Shown in pieces: positions 7,758 through 17,844 of a stretch of DNA of 28,295 bases. Location: the sequence record NZ_CP027233.1; one strand, written 5' to 3'. The translations under genes and the position numbers were made by a program. The notes beneath the pieces were generated by a model. It saw only the letters and a program-made list of their open reading frames with translations, ran no database searches and was not told the DNA's origin. Numbering within the stretch: the stretch's first letter is position 1; every line of letters begins with the position of its first letter. Source of the stretch: a plasmid.

Positions 7758-9581
7758 ATGACCCAAGGAAAAAAGGAAGAAATACAGGAGAGTATGATAC
7801 GGAGTGCTTTGCACTTCTGGAATATAAAGAATGTAGAAAATTTAGATCCTTTGGTACGTCTTCTCATAGAAGGACTATCTGAGCAACTATATGTACTTTC
7901 TGGGGAGATGTATGATATGGAAAATAGAGTCATACAGCGTCTTTGTGAAGTGCTTTTGCCTGAATCTGTATCCAAAGCCAAACCTTCTCACGCTATTGCT
8001 TACATTGCCCCTCAATGGAATGATACAAAAACTAACTTAGAAATGAGATTTTTAGTAAAAAATCCATTTCTAAACAATGATGCAAGGCAAGAGTATTCTT
8101 TCTTTCCCGTTGCTAATATTCCTCTATATCAAGCAAACATAAAGAAAATTATACACCCACAAGGTATTGTACAAATAGACGAACAGTTAAACAAAAAAGA
8201 ACTATACTCCTCTCCCTTATTCTCTGATAAAAAAATATGGATAGGGCTCTCTTTTGATGAAGATATTAAAGACTTAGAACATTTGTCTTTTTTCTTTAAC
8301 TTCCCTAATGTCATTAAAAAAGAAGATTATCTCAATCTTCTTCAATACACCCAATGGGAATGCAATGGTAAGTTATTAAAGGTAAGAAATCGTTTATATA
8401 CAGAAGAACATATACAAAAAAACAACTTAGTAGAATATTTTTTTGATAACCAAGAATTTAATCACCGTGTAAATAGAGAGATTTTAGAACACTACACACC
8501 TCATTATCTTACTATAGATGAATATTTTTCTGTACAAAACGAAAAAAAACAGACAGTACCTTTCTCTAATATAGAAGAGCCTATTTTCACCAATGAAGAA
8601 GCTGTCGCTGTTTGTGATGAAAAGTTACTGTGGATAGGTGTTAGCTTCCCAGAACAATTCTCCTACCAAATCTTATCGGAAATAGAGATTGCCATCAACG
8701 CGGTACCTGTTGCCAATAAAGAACTCAAAGAAATTACTCATAACAACGAAAGAGAACTAGGAATTATCCCTCTCAACTTAGATAAAAAAGAATCCTTTTT
8801 AGGAATAATATCAGTAACCGATGATAAGAATTATTCGTACACACGATCTCACGGTTTTAAAACTGATACTATACAAAGAACTTACGCCTTGAGGCAAGGA
8901 GGAAGTGAAAGTTTCGACAATAGAAGCACTAAAGATTTCTTAGCTAAATTAGAAAATATATTAGAAGATGAAGGGAATAGGGTTTTCCTGCAAAAAGAAT
9001 ACAAGGATATCAAAGAAATGGTGAAGGAAACTATAAAAAGAATCCAACTAATGGGGCGTACTTTACAAAATGAGGGTGATAATGAAGCTCTTCATTATAT
9101 ATTCTTAGACTCTTCCCCTGAAAATTTGTTCTTTATTAAGTATTGGACAACTTTAGGAGAACTCGCAAACGGAATACGCATTCACACTCCTTTATCACCT
9201 ACTTCAGTAGGTGCTCATTCTTATGTAAAACAAGCCTTTTTACTTACCTCTTCTTCTGGAGGTTTAGGCATCCCTACCGAAAGGGAAAGAATCGCTCAGT
9301 TCAAGTATCTACTCAATGGAAGAGGACGTATTGTAACTAATTACGACATCAAAACTTTCCTATTAGCCGAATATCCTAATACCATCAGTGATGTCTATAT
9401 AGAACACGGTATAAGCAAAGGAGAAACTTCCTTACAAGGACTCGTTCGCACCATTGATGTACATCTAAAGACTTTTTCAATAATAGACGAGAAAGAGGTA
9501 CTTATAGAAAATATTTACAAAAAATTAGTACATATATCACCTATGACTTTTCAGTATCGTATCTTTATAGATGAAAATTAA
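7758..9581 (+). CDS. tssF: TssF-like baseplate protein (gp6-like)
   Basis: About 607 aa. ATG at 7758 lies 5 nt after the tssE stop. The track ORF from 7704 overlaps tssE and probably starts too early. Assignment is by size and conserved tssE-tssF synteny. No diagnostic motif was checked. Confidence 0.55.
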   Translation: MTQGKKEEIQESMIRSALHFWNIKNVENLDPLVRLLIEGLSEQLYVLSGEMYDMENRVIQRLCEVLLPESVSKAKPSHAIAYIAPQWNDTKTNLEMRFLVKNPFLNNDARQEYSFFPVANIPLYQANIKKIIHPQGIVQIDEQLNKKELYSSPLFSDKKIWIGLSFDEDIKDLEHLSFFFNFPNVIKKEDYLNLLQYTQWECNGKLLKVRNRLYTEEHIQKNNLVEYFFDNQEFNHRVNREILEHYTPHYLTIDEYFSVQNEKKQTVPFSNIEEPIFTNEEAVAVCDEKLLWIGVSFPEQFSYQILSEIEIAINAVPVANKELKEITHNNERELGIIPLNLDKKESFLGIISVTDDKNYSYTRSHGFKTDTIQRTYALRQGGSESFDNRSTKDFLAKLENILEDEGNRVFLQKEYKDIKEMVKETIKRIQLMGRTLQNEGDNEALHYIFLDSSPENLFFIKYWTTLGELANGIRIHTPLSPTSVGAHSYVKQAFLLTSSSGGLGIPTERERIAQFKYLLNGRGRIVTNYDIKTFLLAEYPNTISDVYIEHGISKGETSLQGLVRTIDVHLKTFSIIDEKEVLIENIYKKLVHISPMTFQYRIFIDEN

Positions 9582-9596
9582 AACCTTTTAATAAAA

Positions 9597-10469
9597 ATGA
9601 ATTATTCTTTTATACAAACCCTACTCACAGCACAATTCATACTCCCTATTATTGCTATTCTAATGGGGGTTATAGCTATTTTTGTGGCAAAAAAACAACA
9701 ACTGCTCAGTGATAAAAAAGCAGTTCTTTATATTGTATTATCAAGCCTGATATTTTCTGTTTTCGGTTGGTTAGGCTTCTTGCAAGTTGATTTTATGCCT
9801 ATAGGATATGTGTTATTGCAATTGTTCTATCTCGTAATAGGTTATTTCAATTACATATACTTAAAAGAATTTTGTAAGTCCTTAAACGACAGCCCTTTTT
9901 GGAAGTTTTTTTTAGTGCTCCTAATACAATTATTTATGAGCATAGCCCTTTTCTCATTATTTTTCAATATAAGCAATGATTTTAAATATGGGTTCTGGGC
10001 AAGTACTTGTTTGTTATCTATTGTGGTAAGTCCCCTCTTTGTTCAAACATTCCAATCGTATTTAAAAATACCTATAGAAATATATAAAATACGTACTTAT
10101 GATGGCAACTCACTCAATAATTCATCGTCGCCAATCGAAAACGAAAACCTTTTAGTATTCGAAATAGAGTTTTATAAAAACTTAACCGACGAAAAACCTA
10201 TCCGACTAAAAGCTAAAGCTACAAAAGGAATGATTTTTGGTGATTGGTTTGAACTCATCGTATCTGATTACAATGCGAGAAAAACCTCTTCCCTCATAGA
10301 ATACTACGATAAAAAAGACGAATATGGTTGGGTTTTTTATACCAAACCTTCTCTACTTTCACCTAAAAAGTATATTGACCCAGATTTATCTTTTCAAGAA
10401 AATAAACTCCCTGAAAAAAATATGATTATTGGTACTCGCATTTTTAGAATAGTAGAAAATGAAAGATAA
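9597..10469 (+). CDS. Multi-pass inner-membrane protein with a soluble C-terminal domain. Candidate T6SSiii-specific membrane-complex component (TssN/O/P-like). Function not established.
   Basis: 290 aa. About five hydrophobic helices in the first 160 residues (FILPIIAILMGVIAIFVA, VLYIVLSSLIFSVFGWLGFL, GYVLLQLFYLVIGYF, FFLVLLIQLFMSIALFSLFF, ASTCLLSIVVSPLFV), then a charged C-terminal domain. Co-oriented with and 15 nt after tssF. Confidence 0.5.
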   Translation: MNYSFIQTLLTAQFILPIIAILMGVIAIFVAKKQQLLSDKKAVLYIVLSSLIFSVFGWLGFLQVDFMPIGYVLLQLFYLVIGYFNYIYLKEFCKSLNDSPFWKFFLVLLIQLFMSIALFSLFFNISNDFKYGFWASTCLLSIVVSPLFVQTFQSYLKIPIEIYKIRTYDGNSLNNSSSPIENENLLVFEIEFYKNLTDEKPIRLKAKATKGMIFGDWFELIVSDYNARKTSSLIEYYDKKDEYGWVFYTKPSLLSPKKYIDPDLSFQENKLPEKNMIIGTRIFRIVENER

Positions 10470-10470
10470 T

Positions 10471-10506
10471 AAAAAAAACCTCAGATAATTCTGAGGGTTC
10501 TTTTTA
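10471..10506. terminator. Bidirectional Rho-independent terminator between convergent operons
   Basis: AAAAAAAA then CCTCAGA-taat-TCTGAGG (7-bp stem) then GTTCTTTTT. There is a U-tract on both strands. It lies between the stop of the 9597-10469 gene and the stop of tssC. Confidence 0.6.
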
Positions 10507-10523
10507 TATATACTATATACATT

Positions 10524-11915
10524 CTATTGTTCATCGTATGCCGTATCCCAAGAGGTTCCATCATCTCCTTTGGTACCATCGAGTCTAATAATAAAACTCT
10601 TTGTATGGAAAAACGGAGTGATATGCATATCTAAATATACCCTATCTTTCTGATTAGGATCTTGCTCCAAACGAATTATTTTGTAATCTTGAATCAATCT
10701 TCCAGGTCCTTTTATACTATCAAAATAGCGTACCAATTGCCCTCTTAGATCCTGTGCAATCTTTGAATTCCAATTCTCAAAAGCACGACGGTTGAGAAAA
10801 TCGATATTTACTTTTGCTAAGTGGTCAAATACTCGTACTACCGAATAGGATTGCAGTCCCAAATCATCTCCGTTGAAAAGAGTTTTTCCTGAAAAAGCCA
10901 TTACTTTTCCATACTCATTCACCATAGGAACCAATCCCATTGCTTCTAATTGTGATATTTCACTTTTCTTTAAAGGAAAAGAAACGGCATCTACTTCATT
11001 AATACCTCCATATTTCTTACCTGCTACTACTTGTGCAATAGGCTGTGCATAAACTCTACCTGCAAGTGCTGTAGAAGGAGGAACTCGTAAATCTTCCTCC
11101 TCTCCTATCTCCTGATAAGCGCCTCTGCCTATATTCCAGTTGCAAGACATTACTACATTACTTCTGTAGATATCTCCACCTGTTAAATTTGATGATGAAA
11201 ATAAGTCTACTACATCATCAGGTCTTTCTAAATCGGCAAAATCAGTAAACAATAGTACTTTATTAGCATAAGCTATTTTAGCCCATTTTTCAAGAACTTT
11301 GTTAGAACCTAAATAACCAGGGAGAACTAATATAGAGTAATTCTCTCTCAAATCTAAACGATCGTAATTTTTATTGATTTCATCTGCTATATAATCAATA
11401 AAAACAGAATTGTCAAGATCTGTAATTTGTTCAGGAGAAGCATTTACAATAGTGATGTTAGTTATTTTATCACTTTCTGTATTTTTGTAAAATGCTTGAA
11501 CAGAACGGTATGATTTTTCTAATTCTCGAACCGTTTCAACCGCTCTAAGTTGATTCTTAGCTAATAAATCAGCAGTTTCATTGGCTTGTTGCTGACTTTT
11601 TTCTACCATATCAGCAATAGATGTATTATTAGAAATCAAATCTAACCATAAATCTATCTTCTTTGCTAAATCTTTTCTTTCTTGAGCACTTTGTTCTTCT
11701 ACTAAGAACATTTTTTTACGCGCTTTTCTCTCAGGATTCAAATTTTGAATTCCCTCTATAGCTGATTCTAAAAAACTAAACCCTCCAAGACGAGAAAGTC
11801 CTGTTAAGGCTTCGTTTAAAGCTGTTTGAGAAAAAGACTCTAAACTCTTCTTACGTTCTTGAAGTGCTGTCTCAGAATTTAATTGTTCATTAAGTTGTTG
11901 TTCTGACATATTCAA
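10524..11915 (-). CDS. tssC: TssC (contractile sheath large subunit, VipB-like)
   Basis: 463 aa. C-terminal DYKIIRLEQDPNQKDRVYLDMHITPFFHTKSFIIRLDG resembles the conserved TssC C-terminus (dyk.e....P.ry.vd..l.P.f.......l.L). Sits in an hcp-tssB-tssC operon. Confidence 0.65.
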   Translation of the reverse strand: MNMSEQQLNEQLNSETALQERKKSLESFSQTALNEALTGLSRLGGFSFLESAIEGIQNLNPERKARKKMFLVEEQSAQERKDLAKKIDLWLDLISNNTSIADMVEKSQQQANETADLLAKNQLRAVETVRELEKSYRSVQAFYKNTESDKITNITIVNASPEQITDLDNSVFIDYIADEINKNYDRLDLRENYSILVLPGYLGSNKVLEKWAKIAYANKVLLFTDFADLERPDDVVDLFSSSNLTGGDIYRSNVVMSCNWNIGRGAYQEIGEEEDLRVPPSTALAGRVYAQPIAQVVAGKKYGGINEVDAVSFPLKKSEISQLEAMGLVPMVNEYGKVMAFSGKTLFNGDDLGLQSYSVVRVFDHLAKVNIDFLNRRAFENWNSKIAQDLRGQLVRYFDSIKGPGRLIQDYKIIRLEQDPNQKDRVYLDMHITPFFHTKSFIIRLDGTKGDDGTSWDTAYDEQ

Positions 11916-11922
11916 TTACAAT

Positions 11923-12375
11923 TTAAACATTTTCATTAAGCTCATTCTTAAGCTGGGTAAGAGCACTAATAAAGGCTTGTTTTGTTTCTGGATTCTCCAA
12001 TGCTCGTTGAAGAATTTTATTAGAACGAAGCTGTTTCACTAATTTGGTATAGAAATCTCTTTGTATCTCTAAATTCTTCAAAAACGGACTTTGAGAAGTG
12101 AGATTCTTCACCTGGAAGTCTCCTGTATTTTTGAATACAAAATTCTCCTGAACAGGCTCTCCATCGTCTGTTTCAAAAGTTACATCTATATTAGGATTAA
12201 ATGCTTCAAAAACAGCTTCAATTGTTGTAAGCCCTTCTACTGTTTGTGGAACAACAGGTTCTTCAGCAGTAAGTTTTTCTACTAATAAGGTGCGATTGGA
12301 TGGAATATTAGCAAAAGCTTCTGAGGCTTCGTTTTCTACCATATTCCCCCCTACACCATAATCTACTATACTCAT
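11923..12375 (-). CDS. tssB: TssB-like (contractile sheath small subunit, VipA-like)
   Basis: 150-aa acidic protein between hcp and tssC, of the right size for TssB. Assignment rests on synteny and size only. Confidence 0.5.
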   Translation of the reverse strand: MSIVDYGVGGNMVENEASEAFANIPSNRTLLVEKLTAEEPVVPQTVEGLTTIEAVFEAFNPNIDVTFETDDGEPVQENFVFKNTGDFQVKNLTSQSPFLKNLEIQRDFYTKLVKQLRSNKILQRALENPETKQAFISALTQLKNELNENV

Positions 12376-12454
12376 TTTATGATGGGATTTTAGTTATTAT
12401 AAAACAAAAGTGCCTAACGATAAGGTCAGGCACTTACTCTTTTTAGTAATTAGC

Positions 12455-12847
12455 CTAACTTTTAGGCCAATTTTCGTGGTGTTCTGCATTACCTATTTTC
12501 AAAACTTGAGCTGAAATTGTAAATGAAAGAGACATAGGTTTTTCACCTTCTGCTCTTAGCCCTTCTTCAAATTCTACAATATATGCATTTTCAAAGGTAA
12601 GTTCTTTCATTTTAGCATCTTCATCAATTTTTTTGAAGACAATACTACCTGAAAAAGGTTTGTACAAATTTACCATTTGCTCAATAATTGTAGTATCCGA
12701 AGTGGACTCCACAGTTACAGTTATGCGACCTCCATAAATATTAGAAGAAGGTCTTCCTTTTGAATCTACGTCTCTTTTTAGAGAGTATTTGCAGTCAAGA
12801 ACATCAAATTCTTTACCACCTAAATTTAATGTAGAGCTAAATGCCAT
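12455..12847 (-). CDS. hcp: Hcp / TssD inner tube protein (Bacteroidota type)
   Basis: 130 aa. MAFSSTLNLGGKEFDVLDCKYSLKRDVDSKGRPSSNIYGGRITVTVEST...SGSIVFKKIDEDAKMKELTFENAYIVEFEEG follows the characteristic Bacteroidota Hcp pattern (two-residue substitution rule around GKEF.VL.C.YSL..D.D.KGRP). Confidence 0.85.
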   Translation of the reverse strand: MAFSSTLNLGGKEFDVLDCKYSLKRDVDSKGRPSSNIYGGRITVTVESTSDTTIIEQMVNLYKPFSGSIVFKKIDEDAKMKELTFENAYIVEFEEGLRAEGEKPMSLSFTISAQVLKIGNAEHHENWPKS

Positions 12848-13491
12848 AATACAACATTTTTAGTGTGAAACAATAAAATTATTTTTCTATTTTTAGAAAA
12901 CGGGTGCAAGTTAATACTTTTATACATAAAAACAAAATTTTAAGAATAATTTTTTTGTTTTTTTATTTTATTCCTCTTTGAGGAATGTTTACAAAATAAA
13001 AACATATACAAACAATCTTATACAATATATTATATTATAATTATGGTGATTTTTACATAATTATAAAAATTGGGGTTCAATATGTTATTATAATATATAT
13101 TTATGTTGAAATAAAAAAATACAGACAAATTATATACTAATTTATACCATTCTTATATTCTTATAATGCTATTAGTAAATCAAATCAATTTCTAATATGT
13201 GTACTATTTTATAATTTTTTCATAGAGATCAAAAATTGACAAAGAGTGATATTCTATAAAACTATTGTAACGTTTCTATAACCTTGTAAAGAAAAACTTA
13301 ATAAGAAATTATTTTTTGTTTAAATAAGATTAATCCCATAGATAAGACTCTGTATTTAATAATATATAATTATTATAAAATTATCTATATTTGATTATAG
13401 ACTTCTTATAACGAGCATATTAATTATTTTTTAAACAAAACAATTAAATACATATATGTGAGTTATATTTGATTAAAAACAATTCTATTTT
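12848..13491. promoter_or_regulatory. Extremely AT-rich 640-bp non-coding region upstream of the hcp-tssB-tssC operon. Presumed promoter/regulatory region.
   Basis: No ORF of 60 aa or more on either strand. Estimated GC about 15-20%. It lies between the lipoprotein gene stop and the hcp start on the same strand. Confidence 0.3.
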
Positions 13492-15903
13492 CTAAGGCAA
13501 ATATTCCCTACTTATTTTATAGAAGATTTCACCGTTAGATTTGAGTTGGTTTTCTTCGTTAATAGCTTTATCGAAGGTTTCTTTTTTGTGTAAGAAGTAG
13601 GTAATGAGTTTGTCTAATTGAGCATCTGAAACTGTTTTTCTATCTCCTACATCTATCACTGTGAACTTTTTGGTAATAGTATTGCTTGAGGGCATCCATA
13701 TGCATAGTTCTGTAGCTTTTGAGAGGGATATTTTTTTTATTTGCCGTTTTTTGAGAGGGTGTAGTTTGTTATTTCTTACCCATTTGTAATAACTTCTTTG
13801 CACTGATCTTCGTACTTTTCGGGTATTATCGTATTCTGGGGTTTCTTGAGTTTTTTCTTTAATGGTATCGCCATCGTCTTCTAAGAAAGATTTTTTGTGT
13901 TTTATATCTTTCTTAGCATTGTATTTGTAATCTACTTGTTTTTGTGTGATATCAGACAAGAAATTGTGTACTACTTCTATCTCATCTTCAGAAAGTAACA
14001 AAAAACGATTGCCTTTTTCCCAATCTGTCTCTTTAATTTCTACTAAAGCAGGGAAAAGAGTATGAGGTTCAGCTCCTGCAAAAGTCTTTGCAAAGTTTGC
14101 ATTAGTGGTATATTCGTTGGGCAAGTTTTGTAAAGAAGCCCATTGTGAACTGATTTTACTTCTTGGCATTCCAGAAGCAGCAAACGATTTCTGTAACTCA
14201 TCGGTTATGTTCTTGCTGTCAGATTGTACTTCTTGTACAAGAGAAGTGAGAGAGGATACTAGCAAATCTTGTGACATAAATTCTTTTTTCTTAGGGAAGA
14301 TCACCCACCCTTGCCACATACTTTGCCCAGGGAAGTCTAAACTATATTGGTTATCTCCTTTCTCTACAAAAAGGTTTTCAGCTCTTAGTTGATTAGAATT
14401 TACTAGAAAATCCTTTTTCTTTGTTGCAATTTCTTTAGCTGTTCTCAATATGATATCTTGTATCTGCAGAACAAAATTGTTGAAGGAATTCCCAGTATCA
14501 GCATATACTTGATAACCTAATACTCTCGCCTGTACATTTGTAATACTTTGTATAAGGGGGTCTTCTACTTTTTCGTTATTGTTGCCACTCTCTCCTATAC
14601 TTACTATGATGTTGTTTTCATCCTTATATTTTGTAAGTATTTGTGAGGCTTTTAATGTAGCTTTCCAAGAACCTTCTTTGGAATCAGAAATTTGGTTTTT
14701 AATATCGGCTAATTTATCCAATTCTTTTAAAGTAGTGTCTAAATCTTTAGATAAGGAAATTTCCAACAGAGTATTGTTATCCATTCCAAACCCTATAACA
14801 GCTCCTATTCGATAGATAACATTTCCTTTGCGAGGTAATTGGTTTTTAAATTGATTGATAGAAATAACTAATTGTTCAAAATTACTTTTTACATTCGGGT
14901 GGTTTTCAAAAGCAAAAACAATATTGATATGCTTTAAATTATCTTTTAATTTTTTGAACTGTTTGTAAGTAATAGGGTTTCCAGAGAGACCATATACATA
15001 GTTCTCATTGTTGTCAATTGCATTGATAGGAGCATACGTGTCTAAAGCTACTACATTCCCCTCTTGTTTAGTTGAAGTGATAGGATTTAGTTCCATAAAA
15101 TCGCCTTCCGATTGAAAAATAGAAGTAGGTTCTTGTGTAATAGCTTTCTTAGAAGCATCAATAATAGTCAGCTTTTGTAAAGGTATTTGCGAAAGCTGAC
15201 TATAAAACAGGTTGCCATAAGGAGCTATAAGAGACGAAGATGTCCACCCCGAAATAGCTTCTTTAGCGTTTTCAGGATTGATTTTTGTTTTTACAAAAAC
15301 TAAAGATTTTCTTCTGTCATCATTCTTTTTATATAAGTAGAACAATGAGTGAAGAGCTACTTTTTTAATAGGATTTAGCAATTCTGGTTCTTTGTAAAGA
15401 ATCAGAGAATCTTTAGAGAACAAGAGTTCAGAATCTGTTAAAGCTTTCTCATTTTTCATTGTAGCCATCATCTTGTAGCTTCTTCCAGAAGTTATATCAG
15501 TGATTGCGTGTGAGGAAAGTAGCAAGTTATCTCGATGTATCCATCCGTAATAAACTATTTGTTTTCTGTTTTTTAGTGAATTGTTTTCGATAATATCAGG
15601 TGCGTATTTTACTAAACGCAAGTAATTTCCCTTTTTCCCTATCACTAAAAAGGATTCCATATAAGAGGCTTTTTTTAGCACTACTTTCCCTCCCGCATTG
15701 TAATAAGTAGGATTTTCATCTCTATCAGAATACACAATCCAAGGAGTTCTTTTCTCTAAAGATTTCTTTACTTTTTCTTCGCAACAAAAGTTCTGGGTAT
15801 ATATTTTAGGCGTTTTTTTTGCCCGAGTAAGTGGAGTAATAGGAGAGCACCCTATTAAACTCAAAAAAATTATATTAATGATAATAAAGAAAATTTTTTT
15901 CAT
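13492..15903 (-). CDS. Large lipoprotein (803 aa). Candidate outer-membrane or periplasmic component of the Bacteroidota T6SS membrane complex (TssR/TssQ-like class). Function not established.
   Basis: MKKIFFIIINIIFLSLIGCSP has a signal peptide with lipobox LIGC. Co-directional with tssK and the small TM proteins upstream and hcp downstream. Confidence 0.55.
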   Translation of the reverse strand: MKKIFFIIINIIFLSLIGCSPITPLTRAKKTPKIYTQNFCCEEKVKKSLEKRTPWIVYSDRDENPTYYNAGGKVVLKKASYMESFLVIGKKGNYLRLVKYAPDIIENNSLKNRKQIVYYGWIHRDNLLLSSHAITDITSGRSYKMMATMKNEKALTDSELLFSKDSLILYKEPELLNPIKKVALHSLFYLYKKNDDRRKSLVFVKTKINPENAKEAISGWTSSSLIAPYGNLFYSQLSQIPLQKLTIIDASKKAITQEPTSIFQSEGDFMELNPITSTKQEGNVVALDTYAPINAIDNNENYVYGLSGNPITYKQFKKLKDNLKHINIVFAFENHPNVKSNFEQLVISINQFKNQLPRKGNVIYRIGAVIGFGMDNNTLLEISLSKDLDTTLKELDKLADIKNQISDSKEGSWKATLKASQILTKYKDENNIIVSIGESGNNNEKVEDPLIQSITNVQARVLGYQVYADTGNSFNNFVLQIQDIILRTAKEIATKKKDFLVNSNQLRAENLFVEKGDNQYSLDFPGQSMWQGWVIFPKKKEFMSQDLLVSSLTSLVQEVQSDSKNITDELQKSFAASGMPRSKISSQWASLQNLPNEYTTNANFAKTFAGAEPHTLFPALVEIKETDWEKGNRFLLLSEDEIEVVHNFLSDITQKQVDYKYNAKKDIKHKKSFLEDDGDTIKEKTQETPEYDNTRKVRRSVQRSYYKWVRNNKLHPLKKRQIKKISLSKATELCIWMPSSNTITKKFTVIDVGDRKTVSDAQLDKLITYFLHKKETFDKAINEENQLKSNGEIFYKISREYLP

Positions 15904-15909
15904 TGTTTC

Positions 15910-16803
15910 TTATTTTGTAGCAGTTGATGGACTTTGTTTTACTAAAATACGCTTTACACAATTTGACCCCTTATCGGTTTCTATTACTACGTCTTGAATG
16001 TTTGCAGTGGATTGGCTTCCTATAAATTTTAGATCGTAACAATATGAATAGAAATCGGTCTGTTTGGCACCATTGGTAATTACTAATTGATTAGGATTAT
16101 TACACAAATACTTGCTTAAGATATAATTGTAATTTTCATTAAAGGATTCTCCATCTATAATATTTTGTAAGTGTTCTTGTATATCTTTAGCAATAAGTGA
16201 AAAAACATCTGAATCGTCTGATTCGGTGTACTCAGGTAATATTTCGATGTAATGTACAATAGGGAAAGCTAAATCTTCCGACATCAATTTTATTTGATAA
16301 GATCCAGGTAGTTTATAAGCATAAGTAGGATTTTTCTCATAAGAATCCACTTCCCCTGTTTCACCAAATTCCCAACGCCATTCTTTAGAGTAACCATCGG
16401 CAAAGAAAGAAATATATTCATTTTGAATGGCTGTTTGTGGGGCAATGATTTTTATAGGTTGATACCCAGAAGGTCTATTACTCTCCTTTACGGTAACAAT
16501 AAAGTGCTTTTCAACGGAATTGTTTACTCTCAAACGCACTTGGTACTTTCCTGTTTGCGGGAATAAATATACGCCATTTCTTTCTTTAGAAGAGTCTCCA
16601 TTACCAAACTCCCATAATACATCAGTAGCATTAGAAGTACTGTCTATAAAACGAATAGGGTACCCCAATTCTACTTCTCTAGGAGATACCCAAGCTCTGA
16701 TTTCTGTCTTTACAATACTTCCTCTTAAAAACCACATAACAGTTAGAACAATTCCTATGAAAGCTATGATAATAAGAGTCCAACGGTTGAGAACTTTATC
16801 CAT
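15910..16803 (-). CDS. Membrane-anchored protein with two PKD-like domains
   Basis: N-terminal TM helix (WTLIIIAFIGIVLTVMWFL). Two WxFGDG-type PKD signatures: DVLWEFGNGDSSKERNGVYLFPQTGKYQVRLRV and WRWEFGETGEVDSYEKNPTYAYKLPGSYQIKL. Confidence 0.65.
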   Translation of the reverse strand: MDKVLNRWTLIIIAFIGIVLTVMWFLRGSIVKTEIRAWVSPREVELGYPIRFIDSTSNATDVLWEFGNGDSSKERNGVYLFPQTGKYQVRLRVNNSVEKHFIVTVKESNRPSGYQPIKIIAPQTAIQNEYISFFADGYSKEWRWEFGETGEVDSYEKNPTYAYKLPGSYQIKLMSEDLAFPIVHYIEILPEYTESDDSDVFSLIAKDIQEHLQNIIDGESFNENYNYILSKYLCNNPNQLVITNGAKQTDFYSYCYDLKFIGSQSTANIQDVVIETDKGSNCVKRILVKQSPSTATK

Positions 16804-16815
16804 AAATTAAACTTG

Positions 16816-17319
16816 TTATTGAAGATTATTACGTCTATTTTCTGTGTTTGCACGACAGCGCTCTAGATCCGATTTGAATTTTTCAATGTTTTGTTGTATA
16901 TTCCACAACCGGTCTTTATCTAAAAGTTGTAGTTCATAAAAGATTGCCATTTGTTCAAATATTTTATAACGATTGTCCCACTTGTGCTGTACGTAAACAT
17001 TACGAACTTCTCCTAAAAGAAGTGTTATCTCCTGTTTTTCATAGATGGCTTTTAGTGAAGGGTCAAACTGAGCTATTTTTGTATTGATAAGCTCAATCTT
17101 GTCCATCTGTTCTGCCTGTTCTTTTTCAAAAACTCTCACACGCTGTATTTGCTCTAAAATAGCCTTCTTCCCTTTTAGGGTTTGGTAATTATTGGTACTG
17201 AAAAATAGAATATACCCACAAAGTCCTGTGGATAGTAAGAAAATAGCAACTACATACACTAGTCCTATTATCTTTTCTTGTGAATGCGTAACCTTATGTC
17301 TTTCTTTTCTGTATTCCAT
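16816..17319 (-). CDS. Small single-pass membrane protein (167 aa). Candidate T6SSiii membrane-complex subunit.
   Basis: One TM segment (IIGLVYVVAIFLLSTGLCGYILFF) followed by a coiled-coil-like charged region. Sits in the T6SS gene string. Confidence 0.45.
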   Translation of the reverse strand: MEYRKERHKVTHSQEKIIGLVYVVAIFLLSTGLCGYILFFSTNNYQTLKGKKAILEQIQRVRVFEKEQAEQMDKIELINTKIAQFDPSLKAIYEKQEITLLLGEVRNVYVQHKWDNRYKIFEQMAIFYELQLLDKDRLWNIQQNIEKFKSDLERCRANTENRRNNLQ

Positions 17320-17324
17320 AGCTT

Positions 17325-17828
17325 TTATCTATCATATGAAAGATTTCCTACTCTCATTTGCCGAGTAATTACCCTGCTTTCTTCTGAACAACGTATAACG
17401 TCATTCTTATAAGTATTTTCCTTTATTTTTAGCGCATTGATAGAGTCTCTTGTGCGCAAAAAAGATTCTGATTTTTCAATAATATAATTATAAGTAAGCG
17501 CATCTTTCTTAGGTATTTTTTGCAAAGAACTCTTTATATTAATCTTTTTGGTTGCAATGTTATTCATTAAAAAAGGAACATTGTTTTCTTGTACCAAATC
17601 TATGCTTTGGTAAGTCTTAAAGAAATCCTCAAACTGGTTACTTAAGAGCATTTGTTCATCGAATATCTGTTGATTTTCATTCCCAACAGTTTGTATTTTA
17701 CTAATTTCTACAGAAGATGTTTTGAAGAAAGCAAACACACAAACAAGTGATGCTATCACCAAAAAAATCATATATTTAGTGAATGTAATATAAGAAATTA
17801 ATACTTCTTTTCTATTTAAAGCTTTCAT
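17325..17828 (-). CDS. Small single-pass membrane protein (167 aa). Candidate T6SSiii membrane-complex subunit.
   Basis: One TM segment (YMIFLVIASLVCVFAFF). Overlaps the T6SS operon with short gaps to its neighbours. Confidence 0.45.
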   Translation of the reverse strand: MKALNRKEVLISYITFTKYMIFLVIASLVCVFAFFKTSSVEISKIQTVGNENQQIFDEQMLLSNQFEDFFKTYQSIDLVQENNVPFLMNNIATKKINIKSSLQKIPKKDALTYNYIIEKSESFLRTRDSINALKIKENTYKNDVIRCSEESRVITRQMRVGNLSYDR

Positions 17829-17844
17829 TTAACATAAGTTTTTT

